IMG/VR virus record: IMGVR_UViG_3300025949_000021
Length of the DNA: 20,000 nucleotides
Source: an uncultured virus (IMG/VR IMGVR_UViG_3300025949_000021)
Lineage: Duplodnaviria; Heunggongvirae; Uroviricota; Caudoviricetes
Strand: one strand, 5' to 3'
This document shows positions 17,074 to 20,000 of the stretch, piece by piece; position 1 is the stretch's first letter; each line of letters starts with the position of its first letter. Below the pieces are notes generated by a model. The model did not search any database and was not told the DNA's origin. It was given only the letters and a program-made list of their open reading frames with translations. Made by a program: the position numbers and the translations under genes.

Positions 17074-17112
17074 TTTAATGGCTCCTTCAAACCAACCCTT
17101 GTTTATACAAAA

Positions 17113-17170
17113 TGGCGCGATCTGGGTGAAGGGTAGATACCAGATGTTCAGCCGCTAAGCCTAAGCGCCA
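17113..17170 (-). ncRNA. Candidate structured cis-regulatory RNA leader
   Basis: An outer stem (TGGCGC 17113-17118 / GCGCCA 17165-17170) encloses a hairpin (ATCTGG 17120-17125 / CCAGAT 17140-17145). The hairpin loop is complementary to the downstream SD region. Confidence 0.5.
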
Positions 17171-17177
17171 CAAATCT

Positions 17178-17206
17178 ATATTAGGACATTTATTTAGACC
17201 ATGCAA
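17178..17206 (-). promoter_or_regulatory. Putative sigma70 promoter
   Basis: Minus strand TTGCAT - 17 nt - TAATAT. The predicted +1 falls at the 5' edge of the structured leader. Confidence 0.5.
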
Positions 17207-17483
17207 GCGATTTCAACTCATTCTTTTGAGCAGTCAGTTCGATTATTTCTTGAGACAACGCTTCCATCGTCTCCAAACTCTTTCGAGCGTTACCGAGCAA
17301 GCCTGGAAGCGCCTCATCTACGTCATCATCCTGCGACCGCTTAAGAATCTGTTGGTTAGCATGCATCATGATTTCACATGCTCCTGACAGCTTCTTAACG
17401 CGATCTTTCAGTTCAACGTGTAGAGTTGAATACTTCCCGCGAGCGATAAATGTCTCTGTTGAGATATCGTCTAGGTTTTTCAT
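17190..17483 (-). CDS. Hypothetical helical protein
   Basis: 97 aa, ATGA-coupled to the upstream gene. Confidence 0.7.
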   Translation of the reverse strand: MKNLDDISTETFIARGKYSTLHVELKDRVKKLSGACEIMMHANQQILKRSQDDDVDEALPGLLGNARKSLETMEALSQEIIELTAQKNELKSLAWSK

Positions 17484-17914
17484 TCAACATCCTTAATCAA
17501 TGCATGCGCTTCTTTGTGGTGGATTTGGCAAAGCCATACAACATCTAATGGCCTAGAATAATCTGGATGATGCCCAACAGATTTCACATCGCCGCATACC
17601 ATGCAAGGCCATTTTTCTAATCTGCCATCTCGGACGGCATTTGAAACTTCAGTGTTAGCCTTATATCTATCTGGATATTTAGCTCTATATTCTTTATTTA
17701 TTTTTACACCAAGTTCTAATCTATGAGGAAGTTTTGATCTTTCTCTGTCATATGATCTATAACTTTCCAAATTATCATTGCGATGTTGAATAGAATCTTT
17801 TTTTGAGCATTCTTTGCATTTCCCTAAAAGTCCATCTTTCATAGCTGGATGCTTATAAAAATCTGTCCTATCTTTTTCAACTTTACATTTGAAACAAATT
17901 TTCATAGCATCCAT
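17480..17914 (-). CDS. Zn-binding HNH-like protein
   Basis: CFKC...CKEC N-terminal zinc motif and C-terminal CMVCG...HHPDYSRPLDVVWLCQIHH. AT-rich; directly downstream of the SSB-like gene. Confidence 0.7.
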   Translation of the reverse strand: MDAMKICFKCKVEKDRTDFYKHPAMKDGLLGKCKECSKKDSIQHRNDNLESYRSYDRERSKLPHRLELGVKINKEYRAKYPDRYKANTEVSNAVRDGRLEKWPCMVCGDVKSVGHHPDYSRPLDVVWLCQIHHKEAHALIKDVE

Positions 17915-17920
17915 CCCCCA

Positions 17921-18595
17921 TTACATGGAAAGCAAAGATTTACGCGGGAAATAACTGAATGGGATATCGTCGTCCATATCCGAGAATGATGGGCCACGCG
18001 CACCCCCTGATTGAGGCGTGCTTTGCGCCGATTTCTTACGCGAATCTCGTACAGGTCGGGCCATCAAAGATTCAACCATCTTTGCCAACTTTTCGGGCTT
18101 TGTTTTCTTCTCCAGAATTTCCGAAGCAGTCAGTTCTGTAGAAGGCTGGAATACGCCTACAATGATCATACGTTCACGGTCCATTCCGTTTTGATCTGTC
18201 GTCAGTTCTTTTTGCAGCAACAGCCCGATATCATGCTTCATCAAATCTGGATAGCCATTCGCAGTAAACCATTCACGGGTTTTTGTCGTTTTGTCCCATG
18301 CTTCAAATTCAATTTCGCCTTCTTCGACTTTGCGAAGCTGCATGCACGCCAAAATCGCATTCACGGTTTTTGCACTTGGCAGTTCGTCGCCGGTTGACTT
18401 TTCTGTGTACAGATCCAGATAATCCGCCGTTTGGCCTTCTTTGCTTTTGAAAGAAAAGCCAACGCCCAACGTTCCATTGCTGGAAATTAGTTCCTGAGCG
18501 CGAGTAAAGCGACCAACATATTTCCCAGTCTCGCGGATGCCTGCGCTGAGATTATCGGCTGCTTTTGCGGAATCGCTATTGAGGCTTAGTGCCAT
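17921..18595 (-). CDS. Putative single-stranded DNA-binding protein
   Basis: 224 aa with AGGAG RBS. A flexible linker leads to acidic DMDDDIPF near the C-terminus. Directly downstream of the Sak4-like ATPase. Confidence 0.7.
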   Translation of the reverse strand: MALSLNSDSAKAADNLSAGIRETGKYVGRFTRAQELISSNGTLGVGFSFKSKEGQTADYLDLYTEKSTGDELPSAKTVNAILACMQLRKVEEGEIEFEAWDKTTKTREWFTANGYPDLMKHDIGLLLQKELTTDQNGMDRERMIIVGVFQPSTELTASEILEKKTKPEKLAKMVESLMARPVRDSRKKSAQSTPQSGGARGPSFSDMDDDIPFSYFPRKSLLSM

Positions 18596-18605
18596 AATTT
18601 TTCTC

Positions 18606-19262
18606 CTATTTCAAGTCAAAATAATCAACGATTACAGAATCAATCGCTGCAAGGTCATTCTCGATATGTTCTTCATCAAACATACCAAGAGGTGTTTTAA
18701 CGGTGTCGTTTCCGTCATTCTTTGTGCTGAAAACGTAGTTCCCATTGATGCGATGACTACGCATGACAATAGTCACCAAGCCTTCAATGGTAATTTTTTC
18801 ATCCAGCAACTTACCGATGGTTTTAATCTTTGTGTGGCCGGATTCATCTGTCTGCGTATGCGACAGGATATAGACGCGCTTGTCGTCAGCCAGATTGGAA
18901 GCCGCATTGAGAATGTCCCATGCATTGCGGGCAATCTCGTTGTACTTTGCGAACGCGGCATTGCCGGTTTCTTTGTCCAATACGCGGCGCATGAACTCAT
19001 TGCTCATGGTGTATTGGAAGTCATCCAAGATGATGATCTTCTTCTTTGCCCGCTCCATTGCCTTGACAATGATCGCACTGTTGTCGCTGACAAAGGTAGA
19101 CCCATCTGGATTATCCTTGGTAGCAGGAATCCAGTCTTTAGATTTGAATGGGAGCGGCTTTTTAACAGCCTGGATCAGCAATACATCTGCCGGATTGAAG
19201 TTGCGTAAGCTGGTTGTCTTGCCCGTACCAGATTCGCCAAGGATGATGGTTGAAATGCTCAT
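18606..19262 (-). CDS. sak4: Sak4-like single-strand annealing ATPase (AAA_24)
   Basis: Walker A GESGTGKT, Walker B IIILDD, YILSH, KIKTIGKLLD and KTPLGMF. Likely start at ATG 19262. Confidence 0.82.
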   Translation of the reverse strand: MSISTIILGESGTGKTTSLRNFNPADVLLIQAVKKPLPFKSKDWIPATKDNPDGSTFVSDNSAIIVKAMERAKKKIIILDDFQYTMSNEFMRRVLDKETGNAAFAKYNEIARNAWDILNAASNLADDKRVYILSHTQTDESGHTKIKTIGKLLDEKITIEGLVTIVMRSHRINGNYVFSTKNDGNDTVKTPLGMFDEEHIENDLAAIDSVIVDYFDLK

Positions 19263-19322
19263 ATTTAAAATTCCCAAGTCAATAAATCAATAAGTCGAAG
19301 TACTACTATAAAACAAATTTGG

Positions 19323-19508
19323 TCAGAAAGGAAGGATTCCCGCTGCGATCAATGCTTCTCTTTCCTCCTTCTCACTTTTGGTTAATTCAATTTTGATTGT
19401 CCCATTATAAGAAATAGGATGGGTGCGTAGATAGGCTTGGCGATCTTCTTCTGTTGGGACAGGAAGATTGCGGAATTCGCCAGCACGGCAACGGTCGAGG
19501 AATTTCAT
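19323..19508 (-). CDS. Hypothetical protein
   Basis: 61 aa, ATGA-coupled, with an AAGGA RBS. Confidence 0.6.
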   Translation of the reverse strand: MKFLDRCRAGEFRNLPVPTEEDRQAYLRTHPISYNGTIKIELTKSEKEEREALIAAGILPF

Positions 19509-19702
19509 GGCTTATCCTTTGGCGGTTTTGGGTAATACATCCAAAAATCAGGCTCTCGCATGCCATTCCAATCTAAACCATTAAATGACATAGAAGTTAC
19601 GGAATATACTGATGGTGCGTTTGTGTACTCAAAAAATATTGCCCCAAGCACTGGAACTCCAACTTTTGGCCGCTTTGTAGCTACAGAAATCCATTTCATC
19701 AT
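19505..19702 (-). CDS. DUF551-like small phage protein
   Basis: KWISVATKRP...VL...FWMYYPKPPK pattern. Confidence 0.65.
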   Translation of the reverse strand: MMKWISVATKRPKVGVPVLGAIFFEYTNAPSVYSVTSMSFNGLDWNGMREPDFWMYYPKPPKDKP

Positions 19703-19872
19703 CGAACTCCAAAACCAGTCATGAACTCAGCGCGACGAAACAACTCGTCCCATTCCTCTTTATATGGATCTTTCTTCACTTGCTTGATTACTGGTGGCTT
19801 ACTTTCTTCTACAGGCATAGTCATCAGATATACTACAGAAAGTAGGAAGGCGATTGCGTAGATGTATTTCAT
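19699..19872 (-). CDS. Unannotated 57-aa protein with N-terminal membrane anchor
   Basis: Hand translation gives MKYIYAIAFLLSVVYLMTMPVEESKPPVIKQVKKDPYKEEWDELFRRAEFMTGFGVR*. ATGA overlaps at both ends. Confidence 0.7.
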   Translation of the reverse strand: MKYIYAIAFLLSVVYLMTMPVEESKPPVIKQVKKDPYKEEWDELFRRAEFMTGFGVR

Positions 19873-20000
19873 ACTTTGGCTTCTTGTTCAATATTTGCGC
19901 AAATACGGCGCAGTTCTTTTTCTTGAACTTCCCTCGCAGCAGCCCTCGCAGCAGCCCTCGCAGCAGCCCCCGCAGCATCCCACGCAGCAGCCCTCGCAGC
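19869..20000 (-). CDS. C-terminus of an Ala-rich repeat phage protein (truncated by the window edge)
   Basis: ...AARAAAWDAAGAAARAAARAAAREVQEKELRRICANIEQEAKV*. The stop overlaps the next ATG. Confidence 0.75.
   Translation of the reverse strand, partial: AARAAAWDAAGAAARAAARAAAREVQEKELRRICANIEQEAKV
19931..20000. repeat. 12-bp coding tandem repeat (CCCTCGCAGCAG)n
   Basis: About 6 units, two of them variant, running off the window end. They encode AAAR/AAAW/DAAG. Confidence 0.9.

Noticed and set aside
17113..17170. tRNA gene or simple terminator
   Set aside because: It is only 58 nt, with no T-loop consensus or cloverleaf. The branched fold and short U-run do not fit a simple terminator well, though attenuation is not excluded.
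18537..19293. Plus-strand ORFs of 223 and 137 aa
   Set aside because: Antisense shadows of the Sak4-like ATPase, which has clear Walker motifs.
19931..20000. Repeat considered as a CRISPR array or replication iterons
   Set aside because: There are no spacers, and the 12-bp unit is in frame within a coding sequence.

Overview
The window is a segment of a tailed phage or prophage genome, most likely a short-tailed phage of P22-like architecture with a Gram-negative host. Bases 1-14150 (+ strand) are a late operon: scaffold C-terminus, major capsid protein, two small putative decoration proteins, a UUCG terminator, a head-tail adaptor, a P22 gp10-like tail hub, a gp14-like GNAT, three putative DNA-ejection proteins, a tail fibre, and a lysis cassette (holin, DUF5675 in the endolysin slot, Rz with embedded Rz1). 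An antisense NUMOD4-HNH gene interrupts this operon. A SAM methyltransferase and a non-canonical PAPS/APS-reductase-like PP-loop Fe-S protein are wedged between the ejection genes. From about 14140 to 20000 (- strand) lies a convergent early region with a Sak4-like ATPase, an SSB-like protein, three more HNH-type genes and many small ORFs. Three observations stand out: (1) the modifying-enzyme cassette inside the ejection module; (2) an unannotated 43-aa antisense membrane peptide at the P22 sieA-equivalent position; (3) a promoter-linked structured RNA leader (17113-17170) whose loop can pair with the downstream Shine-Dalgarno. All calls come from motifs and gene order; no searches were run.
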